62,618 nt of DNA from a virus (lineage: Duplodnaviria; Caudoviricetes), in IMG/VR virus record IMGVR_UViG_3300025151_000036, positions 1 to 62,618 of that record; one strand, given 5' to 3'. The position numbers and the translations under genes are program-made. The notes below the pieces were generated by a model. That model saw only the letters and a program-made list of their open reading frames with translations. It was not told the DNA's origin and made no database searches. The stretch's first letter is position 1. Every line of letters begins with the position of its first letter. Shown one piece after another: positions 8,445 to 17,593 of the stretch.

Positions 8445-10516
8445 TATCGTCTCCTATATGAATCTGATGTTCGTATTGTTTTAGCAACTAATTGACCGTC
8501 CATTTCTATAACAGTACCCATTGATATTAATTCTCGCAACAATGCATTTGTTTGAGCAATTGCTGCCGCCACATTTCCTCCGCCACCACTAGAACCATGG
8601 CTTGGACTCATAGAAACGCCATCATTTCGAGTACCTTGGAATAATCCGCCTTCTCTTGGAGACATTACAACTGGACCACCATTAGGATCAATTGACAGGT
8701 CACCTACTTTTGACGCGTTTTTTATCATACCTACTCCGGTTGCAACTGCAGCTGCTGCTAAACCAAAACCAAGTATTGGAACTTTACCGAATGTGTTAAA
8801 TGCATTTTCAGCCATAGAAGCAATAGCTGTGCCGATTTTCTTTCGATATATTACACCCATTGTAATTGCTATACCAGTTAACAATGGTGCCATTACAGTA
8901 AATCCATCTACCATATATCCAACAACATTGGCTATACCTGTAAATATTTGTAATAACACTTTTCCAATTGGCATCAATGCATTAGATAAATCATCAGCTG
9001 CTGCTGAAAAATCTTTTGCAATTTGTCCGGTAAGTTCTTGTTGTGCTACTAATGTCTGCAATTGTTGTGGTGACATGTTTGTTATTTCTGCTGTTGTTAA
9101 TCCTAAATCTTTAGCAGCTTTTACTCTGGCTTCGTCACTTGTACCTAATTTTTCTTGAATTGCCATTGATTTGGTTAACTCACTTACAGTCATTCCAGTT
9201 GCTTTAGCTAATTGACGTTGAGCCAATGGCCGCATAGCTTCAAATTCTGCTAAAGAACCTACATTGGATAAAACTTCTTGAGTTGCTTCTGCAATTTTAC
9301 CATCTAATGCCAATTGCCGTGCTAAATCAAAGTTTACCATTTTACCAGTCATTGCCTGGAATTCAAATTGAGCTGATATAGAATCTTCAAAATTTAACAA
9401 GCCATCAGCCACTTTGGCCATAGTAGATAATTCTACTCCTAATTTAGCAGCTTGAACGGCTGCTTCACGTAATGCTTTAACATTACCTCCAAAGTATTTG
9501 GAAACTTCTTTAGCATTAGCTGCTATATCCTCAGTTACTTTACCAACTGATACTCCGGCTTTTAATGCATCAGCTGATACGGCTTGCAATGCTAATGATG
9601 CATCCTCACCTCCCATACCCATACGCATGAATTCATTAGTAACTGCGGCTGCCTTCTCTGCTCCTATACCAAATGCCTTTCCTGTTTCTGCTATATTTCC
9701 AGCAATTGCTCCACTCAACATGTTGGCATTACCAAATTCTTTAACCGTAGCTTTTTGTACTTCTAATATATCAGTGGATGTTGCTAAATTTAATTCACTT
9801 GAACGAGCTACAGATTTTGCTTCTTTTACCAATGCTTTGGATTGTGATAATGTGAGGCCGGTAGCTTCAGCTATGCCTTTTGCTTTCTTTTCAAAGTTTA
9901 CAAATACAGCAACTAGACCAGCTACTAATGCAGCTATAATCGTAAATGGGTTTATAAGTCCTTTAGCCGCTCCACCAAAAGCTTTTAATCCATCTGCGAA
10001 AGTCGCACCTTCTTGCATCATAGCAGCGCCGGCTGCGTTGAAAGAAGCAGTTAATCCATCTGTCAACTCATCAAATCCTAACAATTTGTTTAATGCTGCA
10101 CCACCTGGTAAAGCTCCAATAAACGATTTTGCTCCTTCTACTAATCCGGCCATCTGATCATTAACATTACCTACCGTTTTTCGAATGTTCTGCATTGTTT
10201 TGTTTTGTTGTTTTAACCTTTCAAGTACTTTCTGATTAAGTTTGAACGCATTCATTTCTGCATCATATTGCTGCTTTGATATTTTATATTTTTTTTCTCT
10301 TAATTGAGACATTTCTCTTGCAAGATCGCGTTCAGTCTGTGCAATTTCTAAACGTTGATCAGCTGCTTGTAAAATTTTAGCTTCATCTCTTAAGAGTTGT
10401 TGTTGAAGATCGGCAGTTTCGCCCATGGCATCACGATATAATGTAGCTTGTGCTGCTGCGCGCTCTAAATTAGAGGCCTGCTGTTTAGCGTAATCTGCGG
10501 ATTTTTTGTCTGCCAT
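8444..10516 (-). CDS. tail tape measure protein
   Basis: Ala/Gly-rich helical 690 aa with hydrophobic segments, downstream of the tube and assembly genes. Confidence 0.8.
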   Translation of the reverse strand: MADKKSADYAKQQASNLERAAAQATLYRDAMGETADLQQQLLRDEAKILQAADQRLEIAQTERDLAREMSQLREKKYKISKQQYDAEMNAFKLNQKVLERLKQQNKTMQNIRKTVGNVNDQMAGLVEGAKSFIGALPGGAALNKLLGFDELTDGLTASFNAAGAAMMQEGATFADGLKAFGGAAKGLINPFTIIAALVAGLVAVFVNFEKKAKGIAEATGLTLSQSKALVKEAKSVARSSELNLATSTDILEVQKATVKEFGNANMLSGAIAGNIAETGKAFGIGAEKAAAVTNEFMRMGMGGEDASLALQAVSADALKAGVSVGKVTEDIAANAKEVSKYFGGNVKALREAAVQAAKLGVELSTMAKVADGLLNFEDSISAQFEFQAMTGKMVNFDLARQLALDGKIAEATQEVLSNVGSLAEFEAMRPLAQRQLAKATGMTVSELTKSMAIQEKLGTSDEARVKAAKDLGLTTAEITNMSPQQLQTLVAQQELTGQIAKDFSAAADDLSNALMPIGKVLLQIFTGIANVVGYMVDGFTVMAPLLTGIAITMGVIYRKKIGTAIASMAENAFNTFGKVPILGFGLAAAAVATGVGMIKNASKVGDLSIDPNGGPVVMSPREGGLFQGTRNDGVSMSPSHGSSGGGGNVAAAIAQTNALLRELISMGTVIEMDGQLVAKTIRTSDSYRRR

Positions 10517-10522
10517 AATATA

Positions 10523-10783
10523 TTACATTCTGTTAATCATTGCTTCTAAACGAGGATCGATTGATCCATGCTTTTTTTTGTATGTCTTTAAATCATTTTT
10601 GAGTTCTTTAGCTATTTTATTCATGCTATCAGTGGATGCAATAAACTCTGGATCGTTTTCTAACTTCTTTAATGCCTTTCGTACCATTGGCCTTAAGAAC
10701 CATTTTAATAATTTTAATGATAATCCTTCATCAATGCGATTAATTTCATTGAGAGCCTTTTTTTCAAATTTACTTGTAGCCAT
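10523..10783 (-). CDS. hypothetical basic protein (86 aa)
   Basis: Own class II motif and AAGGA SD; ALNE/IDE sites near the N-terminus. Confidence 0.7.
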   Translation of the reverse strand: MATSKFEKKALNEINRIDEGLSLKLLKWFLRPMVRKALKKLENDPEFIASTDSMNKIAKELKNDLKTYKKKHGSIDPRLEAMINRM

Positions 10784-10800
10784 ACAGTATTATCCTTTTA

Positions 10801-10809
10801 AATAAATAT
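10801..10809 (-). promoter_or_regulatory. Class II motif ATATTTATT
   Basis: 17 nt upstream of ATG 10783. Confidence 0.6.
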
Positions 10810-11049
10810 TAACGACGGTTGATTTTAGGGGCCATGGCACGAGATTTAGATTTCATCTCTTTTATAGATTTTTCTCGTGATTTGTTCTGATCTTCAAATA
10901 ATTTGTTAAGACGGCGCATATAATATAACCTCATATATATAGGCATATTGCGCACTTCAGTATAAGAAAATGCTCCTTGACTATGATAAGTTAAATCAAA
11001 TATTTGATCTGCAACATTTAATCTATATTTACGCGTCAGGCCAAAAAAA
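10809..11049 (-). CDS. gp51-like / tail-assembly 'T' segment, probably expressed by frameshift from the upstream gene
   Basis: FSYTEVRNMPIYMRLYY motif; no good independent start; frame entered at the T7 run. Confidence 0.65.
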
Positions 11050-11883
11050 GTCGAGTCCGATGGCAATTGGACTGCGAAAGGTATCACCGGACTCTCCATC
11101 CGGTACTTCAACTGATAAATCAATTTCTGGAGTAATAGTTTTAAGATATTTTCTTATTGCACGAGAATCAATAGCTAATAGTTCTGTATCAATGAATTTG
11201 CGAACTTTTACAAGGTCTTTATCTCCATCAACCCCTATAATAACATGTTTCAATGTCGTTGTTAATGTGGCATTACGCTTTAATTTCATTAAATTTTTAA
11301 TTTCAGCATCTATTTTACGTTGTTCTCTTTGAGTTAACAATTGTAACAATACTTTGCGTTTACTGGCCGGAAGTTGAAATTCGAATTCATTTTTGCCAGA
11401 TTCATGTGCAGACCAATCAATTTCTTTTTCTGCTAATTTAGTTAAGTCAACAGTAACCTTATGCTCCTCACCGGTCTTTGGATGAGTAATTGTAATCTCA
11501 TAATCTTTACCATATCCTAAAACTCTAGCAGCTATCATTACTGCATTTTTATCACATAATAACAAATCATTATATTCGATTGGAGTTACTATCAAAGCTT
11601 TAAATAATTTATCTAATACTACGCCTTGCTTAATAAATGAATCATTTGTAAGAATATCTTCTTCTTTTGCAGACATATACTTCATTTCTATTGTACCAGA
11701 ACGAAGTGGTGAACCTTCTGGATATAATTTTCCTTTACTTGGTAATTCAACCATTTCGGTTGGAAAATCGTAAACGTTTGTTTCTTCTGTAACATTTGAT
11801 TCATATTTTGCTTTTGCAATATCTTTTAATTGTTTATCAGATAGCGGCTTGATCGGATAATCATCGTTAACTTGTTGCGACAT
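11029..11883 (-). CDS. gp26: gp26-like baseplate hub / tail assembly chaperone
   Basis: PTEMVELPSKG...KYMSAKEEDIL...ARVLGYGKDY; ends LDFFWPDA; follows the tail tube. Confidence 0.75.
   Translation of the reverse strand: MSQQVNDDYPIKPLSDKQLKDIAKAKYESNVTEETNVYDFPTEMVELPSKGKLYPEGSPLRSGTIEMKYMSAKEEDILTNDSFIKQGVVLDKLFKALIVTPIEYNDLLLCDKNAVMIAARVLGYGKDYEITITHPKTGEEHKVTVDLTKLAEKEIDWSAHESGKNEFEFQLPASKRKVLLQLLTQREQRKIDAEIKNLMKLKRNATLTTTLKHVIIGVDGDKDLVKVRKFIDTELLAIDSRAIRKYLKTITPEIDLSVEVPDGESGDTFRSPIAIGLDFFWPDA
11041..11052 (-). other. candidate programmed frameshift site GAC-TTT-TTT-TGG (T7 run)
   Basis: A +1 or -2 slip joins ...LDFF to GLTRKYRL..., a few codons before the gp26-like stop. Confidence 0.65.
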
Positions 11884-11910
11884 AATGTTCCTTTAATAAC
11901 TTTTATTTAA

Positions 11911-11919
11911 TATAAATAT
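11911..11919 (-). promoter_or_regulatory. Class II motif ATATTTATA
   Basis: Upstream of the gp26-like gene, just after a terminator. Confidence 0.65.
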
Positions 11920-11925
11920 GAGTAT

Positions 11926-11960
11926 AGTAAAAAAGCCCTAATTTCTTAGGACTTTTTACT
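11926..11960 (-). terminator. intrinsic terminator after the tail tube gene
   Basis: AGTCCTAA-GAAA-TTAGGGCT hairpin followed by a T run; A/T tracts on both sides. Confidence 0.85.
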
Positions 11961-11974
11961 AAATATAAAATTAA

Positions 11975-12463
11975 TTAGAATTGTAATATTGCATAATCAT
12001 ATTTCAATGTTAATTCGATATTAACTGGATCTTCAGTTGCCCAATCCATATCACCAAATGTTGCTGCTGATATAAATGCTCCTTTCAAAGTCCATTCTTC
12101 AACTTTGTCCCCAACCGGACCTAAAGTATTAAAAGTAATATCCTTTTTATAGAAATCTGAATATCCATCTCTACCTGTTACAGATTCATGATGTAAACGA
12201 ACCCATTCCATTACTGCCTGCGCTCCTGATGGAACAACTGGATCATATAATGTTACAGTTACATCTTGCCATCTAGATTTACCTTTTAACTTACGTTCAA
12301 CGTTAATATGGTCAAGAATAACTTCTCCTTGATCAATTGATGGACGTGATGCAGCTTTTATAAGGTACGCTGGAATACCTTCAATATACATGATAAACCT
12401 ATTAGCCATTTTAGGCTCATAAGCTGTATAAAATATTTCGGTTGGGTCAAGTAATTCTGCCAT
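11975..12463 (-). CDS. gp19: tail tube protein (T4 gp19-like)
   Basis: 162 aa after the sheath; NRF..., WQDVTVTLYD, EEWTLKGAF, LTLKYDYA. Confidence 0.9.
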   Translation of the reverse strand: MAELLDPTEIFYTAYEPKMANRFIMYIEGIPAYLIKAASRPSIDQGEVILDHINVERKLKGKSRWQDVTVTLYDPVVPSGAQAVMEWVRLHHESVTGRDGYSDFYKKDITFNTLGPVGDKVEEWTLKGAFISAATFGDMDWATEDPVNIELTLKYDYAILQF

Positions 12464-12483
12464 CTTTTAATTTTCCTCTTTTA

Positions 12484-12492
12484 TATAAATAT
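12484..12492 (-). promoter_or_regulatory. Class II motif ATATTTATA
   Basis: 20 nt upstream of the tube ATG. Confidence 0.65.
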
Positions 12493-12507
12493 CACATTTT
12501 TCAGATT

Positions 12508-14637
12508 TTATTCTGGAAATGATGCACCAGTTGGTAATATATTAAAGTCAACTACAATGAATTCAGCTGTTTTTGCCGGCTGCATGAATATTTGACCTTT
12601 CATTTGGTTTCTATCAATTACATCTGCAGTATTGTTTGATTCATCCATTACTACTTTAAATGCATATAAACCTTGTCTTTGTTGTATGTTTTCAAAATAT
12701 GGATTAACAATACTTAAGAATCTATTTCTAGTTGCTGCCGTATTATTTTCAAATACTAAGAATTTAGTAGACGATGCAATGAATTTCTTAGCAGCTATTA
12801 ACAATCTACGCACATTTACACGATCTAATGCCGATGCTTTCTTTTGTAACGTTTTTTGTCCAAATACGGTAACACCTGCATTAGGGAACGTTGCAATAGG
12901 ATTCACATTTGAATCATACAAAGTATCTCTGTTAGCATGAGTTAATTTACGTTCTGCCTGAACTGCGATATCAATACCACCTCTATTTAATCCTGCAGGT
13001 GCAAACCATGGTGCCGCTACTCGATCATTAAATGCATATACCGAAGGTATCACAGTAGATGCTGGTACCCATACATTACGTCCTAATTCATTATCAGGTA
13101 TTTTTATCCATGGCCAATATTCAGCTACATAATTAGAATCTCTTGCTTCTGCCTTAGCAGTTACATTTGGTATAGATGTTTCACCGTATTTAACTGGATC
13201 CATTACTAGGAAACAATCACCGCGATCTTCTACCATATTAACTGCTTCTGTTAATACAGCAGCATGATTAGTTTCACTATCACATAATCCTGGTAAAGTT
13301 AATAAATTAATATCATATTCATCTTGATTTTTTAATAATCGAATTGCATCGATATATGCATTTTTATCTGATGTTAATCCTAAATTAAATCCTTGTACAT
13401 TTGTATCTTCAATTTCATTATAGAACTTTCTAGGATGCTGAACTGCCCCATCTGCTCCTCCTGCAAATGCACCAGATGTTGCTGCTGGCAATGATGCAGA
13501 TAAATCAGCATTTCTAATGTTTCCATTTTCATCCAAGTAATTTAATGTTTTTTGATTTACATTACTAACACGTACAAATTTAGATCGATTTGGATAATCA
13601 CCTTGATATGCAATATAAGGATCGGTAGTACCAACACCTGCTATTGTCGCTTTTTGATCGCCTATCACTCTAGCAATATAATTTGTTGAATTAGGATCTA
13701 ACGTAACATTATTATATTGTTCTACAATTTTCATTCTATTTTTTGTATCATCGCCACGACGTATCAATAATTGGAAAGTACCTTTATTTGCATTTACATT
13801 ATTAATTTCCCATCGTAAATTGTTTGCTGTACCATTTGATAGTAATTCATTTGTACCAATAGTTCCTACACTATTTTGATCTAAACCAAAAGATAATGTT
13901 TCTAAAGTAAAACAATTTCCATTTGATGTTTTTCCGGCGCCACCTGCCAATGTTAATACATCGCTCATATTATTAGCTGATCCAGTATCAACAGATATTG
14001 AATTTCCTTCAGAACCAGCACTTGATGCAGATAATCCTAATTTAGTAGTTAAATCAACTGCTGTTACTCCAATGGCCGCGGTATTTATTTCAGATACTAA
14101 TTTATCTAATACGTCTTCGGCATTTGAACCAGTATTAAAGTAGTATATATTTCCAGTATCAACAGGAATACCGCCGGCTGGATCAGCTGCTATAAATCTA
14201 TATTCTGATCCACCTACTGTAATTTGAAATTCATCATCAGGTGTTTGACCATGGTCATTCAGAAGTACAAATTCTCCAACTGCTTTACTAGCATCAGAGC
14301 CACCCACAGTAGATCCAGAAACGGTTGCTGTTGCTGGTGCTGCTGAAGCATGCATTGTACGTACAACTGTTAACGTATCAGCGTATTTTAAATACTCTTG
14401 AGCAGAATAATTAGTTAAATATTTATATGAATCTTTACTAGTACCAGATCCGGATTCAAAAACTCCTCCAAATATATTAACAAATTCTGAATAACTTGAT
14501 ACGGTTACTGGTATATTCGCCGGACCTTTTGCTGTAGGTCCAATTACCGCAGCGCCTATTGCTGCGACACCTGCCGGTAAAAACGATTGGTCTACTTCGT
14601 TAGTAAAAACGCCCGGTGATATTATTTTTTCGGCCAT
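12508..14637 (-). CDS. gp18: contractile tail sheath protein (T4 gp18-like)
   Basis: SPGVFTNEVD, PWFAPAGLNRG, VNPI, FGQKTL, DRVNVRRL, VFENN, PAKTAEFI. Confidence 0.95.
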   Translation of the reverse strand: MAEKIISPGVFTNEVDQSFLPAGVAAIGAAVIGPTAKGPANIPVTVSSYSEFVNIFGGVFESGSGTSKDSYKYLTNYSAQEYLKYADTLTVVRTMHASAAPATATVSGSTVGGSDASKAVGEFVLLNDHGQTPDDEFQITVGGSEYRFIAADPAGGIPVDTGNIYYFNTGSNAEDVLDKLVSEINTAAIGVTAVDLTTKLGLSASSAGSEGNSISVDTGSANNMSDVLTLAGGAGKTSNGNCFTLETLSFGLDQNSVGTIGTNELLSNGTANNLRWEINNVNANKGTFQLLIRRGDDTKNRMKIVEQYNNVTLDPNSTNYIARVIGDQKATIAGVGTTDPYIAYQGDYPNRSKFVRVSNVNQKTLNYLDENGNIRNADLSASLPAATSGAFAGGADGAVQHPRKFYNEIEDTNVQGFNLGLTSDKNAYIDAIRLLKNQDEYDINLLTLPGLCDSETNHAAVLTEAVNMVEDRGDCFLVMDPVKYGETSIPNVTAKAEARDSNYVAEYWPWIKIPDNELGRNVWVPASTVIPSVYAFNDRVAAPWFAPAGLNRGGIDIAVQAERKLTHANRDTLYDSNVNPIATFPNAGVTVFGQKTLQKKASALDRVNVRRLLIAAKKFIASSTKFLVFENNTAATRNRFLSIVNPYFENIQQRQGLYAFKVVMDESNNTADVIDRNQMKGQIFMQPAKTAEFIVVDFNILPTGASFPE

Positions 14638-14668
14638 TTGTATGCTCCTATTTTATAAATCAATTTCT

Positions 14669-14677
14669 TATAAATAT
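14669..14677 (-). promoter_or_regulatory. Class II motif ATATTTATA
   Basis: 31 nt upstream of the sheath ATG. Confidence 0.65.
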
Positions 14678-14697
14678 TAACGTAATACGCCAAACAA

Positions 14698-14973
14698 TCA
14701 ATTTTCAGGAACAAACTCTCCGGTATTTATATCAACAGTACCTATACCATATTTTTCATTTAATGAACCGACTAGTTCTGTTTCTTCAACTCGTAAATCT
14801 TTAAATTGTCCTTGTAATGCAGATTTTATTTTTTGAAGCTCTTCAAGTTCTTCATTAACTAAAAATAATTGCAATTCTACTCGACCTAATTCTGATATTA
14901 TTCTAGAATTCCCAGTTTGTAGGTCTGTAACTTTTTTTAATTCTTCTTCTGTAAACTTTTTTGTTTCTGCCAT
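14698..14973 (-). CDS. small coiled-coil protein (91 aa)
   Basis: Heptad pattern; C-terminal YGIGTVDINTGEF; AAGGA SD. Confidence 0.75.
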   Translation of the reverse strand: MAETKKFTEEELKKVTDLQTGNSRIISELGRVELQLFLVNEELEELQKIKSALQGQFKDLRVEETELVGSLNEKYGIGTVDINTGEFVPEN

Positions 14974-14990
14974 AACTTATTTTCCTTTTT

Positions 14991-15809
14991 TTAATATCCA
15001 TTTGGCGGTGGATCTGTTATATTGGTATTATCAGTTTCATATTCATTTCCAAACGTAATACGTTTAACTGAATATTTTTTTTGTATTGTTGATTTGCGCA
15101 ATTCATCTGACATTAACAATGTGGCTTTACATGTTAATGGTAATGTGGCTCTTACTATACGATCTTCCCCAGTTGCGTTTAATGTTTCAAATGTATAATC
15201 AGAAATGTAAGTTGGAAATTTCCATGTAGTTCCCCACGCAAACCCACCAGTTGGCATTATCTGTTCTATCAATGAATTCATTTGTTCTGTATATTCTGTC
15301 CATAGCAATAATTCATATGCAACGTCAATGTATTCTGGTACTGCTGCTACATAATATTCGTTTAATGGCTTTGATCCTTGTTGCACAGAAAATCGATCAT
15401 ATCTATTTACTTTTGTATGTTTATTTTGTAATATTTGAGCATTACCAGCCGGGTTATTATTAACATCTAATTTTTTTAACATATCACGTTCAGTAATAGA
15501 ATTACGCCGTATACTAATAATAGGCGTCATAATTTTACCTTTACGATCTCTCATATATCCTCGCGACTGTACTTGTGCCCATTTTTCTCCATTAGAATAC
15601 ATTACAGGCACATCGATTGTTTGCCCATTTTCTATAATTTGAGGATGTATTATATCTTGTATGTATGACATAATAGCCCAATCGACATCTTCTATAGTAC
15701 ATTTTGGTGTTTTTATAATATCATTATCACGACGCACATGATTTGCTCGATTAACTTCAGCATTGCGAGAAAAACTACTATATGTTTGTTTTATTTCCTT
15801 TTTAGCCAT
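14991..15809 (-). CDS. tail completion / sheath terminator (gp15-like)
   Basis: VPVMY..EKW, PIISIRR, PEYIDVAYEL.LWT...QMNSLIEQI; position before the sheath. Confidence 0.7.
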   Translation of the reverse strand: MAKKEIKQTYSSFSRNAEVNRANHVRRDNDIIKTPKCTIEDVDWAIMSYIQDIIHPQIIENGQTIDVPVMYSNGEKWAQVQSRGYMRDRKGKIMTPIISIRRNSITERDMLKKLDVNNNPAGNAQILQNKHTKVNRYDRFSVQQGSKPLNEYYVAAVPEYIDVAYELLLWTEYTEQMNSLIEQIMPTGGFAWGTTWKFPTYISDYTFETLNATGEDRIVRATLPLTCKATLLMSDELRKSTIQKKYSVKRITFGNEYETDNTNITDPPPNGY

Positions 15810-16336
15810 TACAAGTTCCTAGGTATATGTTTTGTCGGATTAATACCAGTTCTTACTTCTTGTATATTTAATCGATTTCTTCTAGTTACATGTGCAGTTA
15901 CTTTAATTGCAACAGATAATCCAAATTCGCCTCTGTCAGATTTACCTATATCAGATTCTGGATTTCGACCAGTCCAATATTGAGAAGATCCTACCCCATC
16001 TATTTCATAAAACTCGTTATCATATTCTAATATATCACCTTCTTCTACTATAATATTTTTATCTTTAAGATCTGCGCGTAAAAAGCTAAATTCTCCTAAT
16101 CGTGTTGAATCATATGCATCATCACCAGTATATGTTTTATCTTCTTTTAATATTAAACAATTAAGACGCATTGGAGCATAATAAGTTTTACTATCAGATT
16201 CATCATACATATTAGCCTGCGTATCATTTAAACTTAATTTGTAAAAAGCAACCTCTGTATCAATAAATCGATTAATTAGTTCACGATTTATCGATTTAAT
16301 TAAACTTGCGTCTCGCGATGAACCAAATAATGCCAT
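15809..16336 (-). CDS. neck / head closure protein (gp14-like)
   Basis: Lies between gp13-like and gp15-like genes; NMYDES, EEGDILEYDNEFYEI. Confidence 0.65.
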   Translation of the reverse strand: MALFGSSRDASLIKSINRELINRFIDTEVAFYKLSLNDTQANMYDESDSKTYYAPMRLNCLILKEDKTYTGDDAYDSTRLGEFSFLRADLKDKNIIVEEGDILEYDNEFYEIDGVGSSQYWTGRNPESDIGKSDRGEFGLSVAIKVTAHVTRRNRLNIQEVRTGINPTKHIPRNL

Positions 16337-16338
16337 TA

Positions 16339-17502
16339 TTATCCTATATAAATTTTAAGTGGTATCTTATTCATTTGTTGTAACATTGCATCCGATTCCG
16401 CTTGTTTACGTTCTAATTGTGCTTGTCTAGACATTGTATCAAGCGTGTCTTTAAGTTCTGTTATAAGAGCCTCTTTTTCAGTTTGTCCGGCTGATAATAA
16501 GTCGCTTCCATTTAAAGTTACTTCAGCGTTTGGAATTGGTATACTAGAATATTTTCCTCTAATAAATCCTAACATTTCTTTTGCTAAAGCTAATGTGTAT
16601 TTACGAATCCATTGTTTACCAACATCATTTACATTTTTATATACTACGTTATTATACGGTACATTTGAAAAATCTGAAACTGAGCCAATATTACTTTTTA
16701 AAGGATTACTGCGATCCGATTTTAAAATATAATCAAAATATATTTTTGTAAAATTAACACCATCTGGTATTGGATGAATTTTAAGTCTATTATTTGACAT
16801 TTCAAATGACCAACCAGATTTTCGTATTTGGTCATTAAATTCAATTGCTTGTAATCGCAACATATCGGCATATAAAGGCATCATCATAAATGATACACCA
16901 GGTGAATAGTTGCCCCAACCAAAAGTTTCCATCATTTGCTGAGAACCTAATCCTGTTCCTACTAATGGATCAAAATATTTTACTATTGCCGGTGGTGGAA
17001 AATGTAGTAATTGTTTTATTTCTATGGCATCTGTACCCGGAGTACCAGATTCTAAAGATATTATTGATGGATCTGTTAGATCATATATTTGTTGATTTTT
17101 AGTTACAGAAATTGAACCAGTGTAATATGTAACATTACCACCAGATCCGGCTTCAGTTCCATATTCTTCTGCCAATTCAATTAACCCACCAAAATTTGGT
17201 GATACTTTTTTACCTGTTAAATTTGAACCAGTTGCTGAACCGTATAAATTTAACATATTATCACGTATATTATATGTATTTAATTGACATCCATATTCAG
17301 AAACAGCTTCTTCAAAACATGCAAAAAAGTTTGTAGATTGCAATTCTATATCATTGATAGGATACCCCATACGTTTTGCGCACCATTCGGCTACTTTTTC
17401 TGCATCTGATTGAAATGATGAATCCGTATCATATAAACCAAAAGGTGTATCACCAGTAAAAAATGATGATGAACCGGGCCATATCGCGATATTTTGTGCC
17501 AT
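16339..17502 (-). CDS. neck / head-tail adaptor (gp13-like)
   Basis: RMGYPINDIEL, WIRKYTLALAKEMLG..RGKY..IP....TLNG. Confidence 0.75.
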   Translation of the reverse strand: MAQNIAIWPGSSSFFTGDTPFGLYDTDSSFQSDAEKVAEWCAKRMGYPINDIELQSTNFFACFEEAVSEYGCQLNTYNIRDNMLNLYGSATGSNLTGKKVSPNFGGLIELAEEYGTEAGSGGNVTYYTGSISVTKNQQIYDLTDPSIISLESGTPGTDAIEIKQLLHFPPPAIVKYFDPLVGTGLGSQQMMETFGWGNYSPGVSFMMMPLYADMLRLQAIEFNDQIRKSGWSFEMSNNRLKIHPIPDGVNFTKIYFDYILKSDRSNPLKSNIGSVSDFSNVPYNNVVYKNVNDVGKQWIRKYTLALAKEMLGFIRGKYSSIPIPNAEVTLNGSDLLSAGQTEKEALITELKDTLDTMSRQAQLERKQAESDAMLQQMNKIPLKIYIG

Positions 17503-17516
17503 TACAAATCCTTTTA

Positions 17517-17525
17517 TATAAATAT
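17517..17525 (-). promoter_or_regulatory. Class II motif ATATTTATA
   Basis: 14 nt upstream of the gp13-like ATG. Confidence 0.65.
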
Positions 17526-17593
17526 TATAAAGATGAAGAATAATGTGGTTCTACAGATGGTAGATCATAAAAAATGAAGATGATACCATCGTA

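Noticed and set aside
11050-11123. Independent start for the 104-aa ORF (MIYQLKY...)
   Set aside because: Deep out-of-frame overlap with the gp26-like gene and no clear SD; frameshift entry is more plausible
4141-17502. Bacterial contractile injection system or tailocin rather than phage
   Set aside because: Neck proteins, polA, phoH and phage-style promoters indicate a phage genome
17556-17590. GATGGTA...TACCATC inverted repeat after the 286-aa gene
   Set aside because: Bulged stem, long loop and no U tract on the coding strand; too weak to call a terminator or ncRNA
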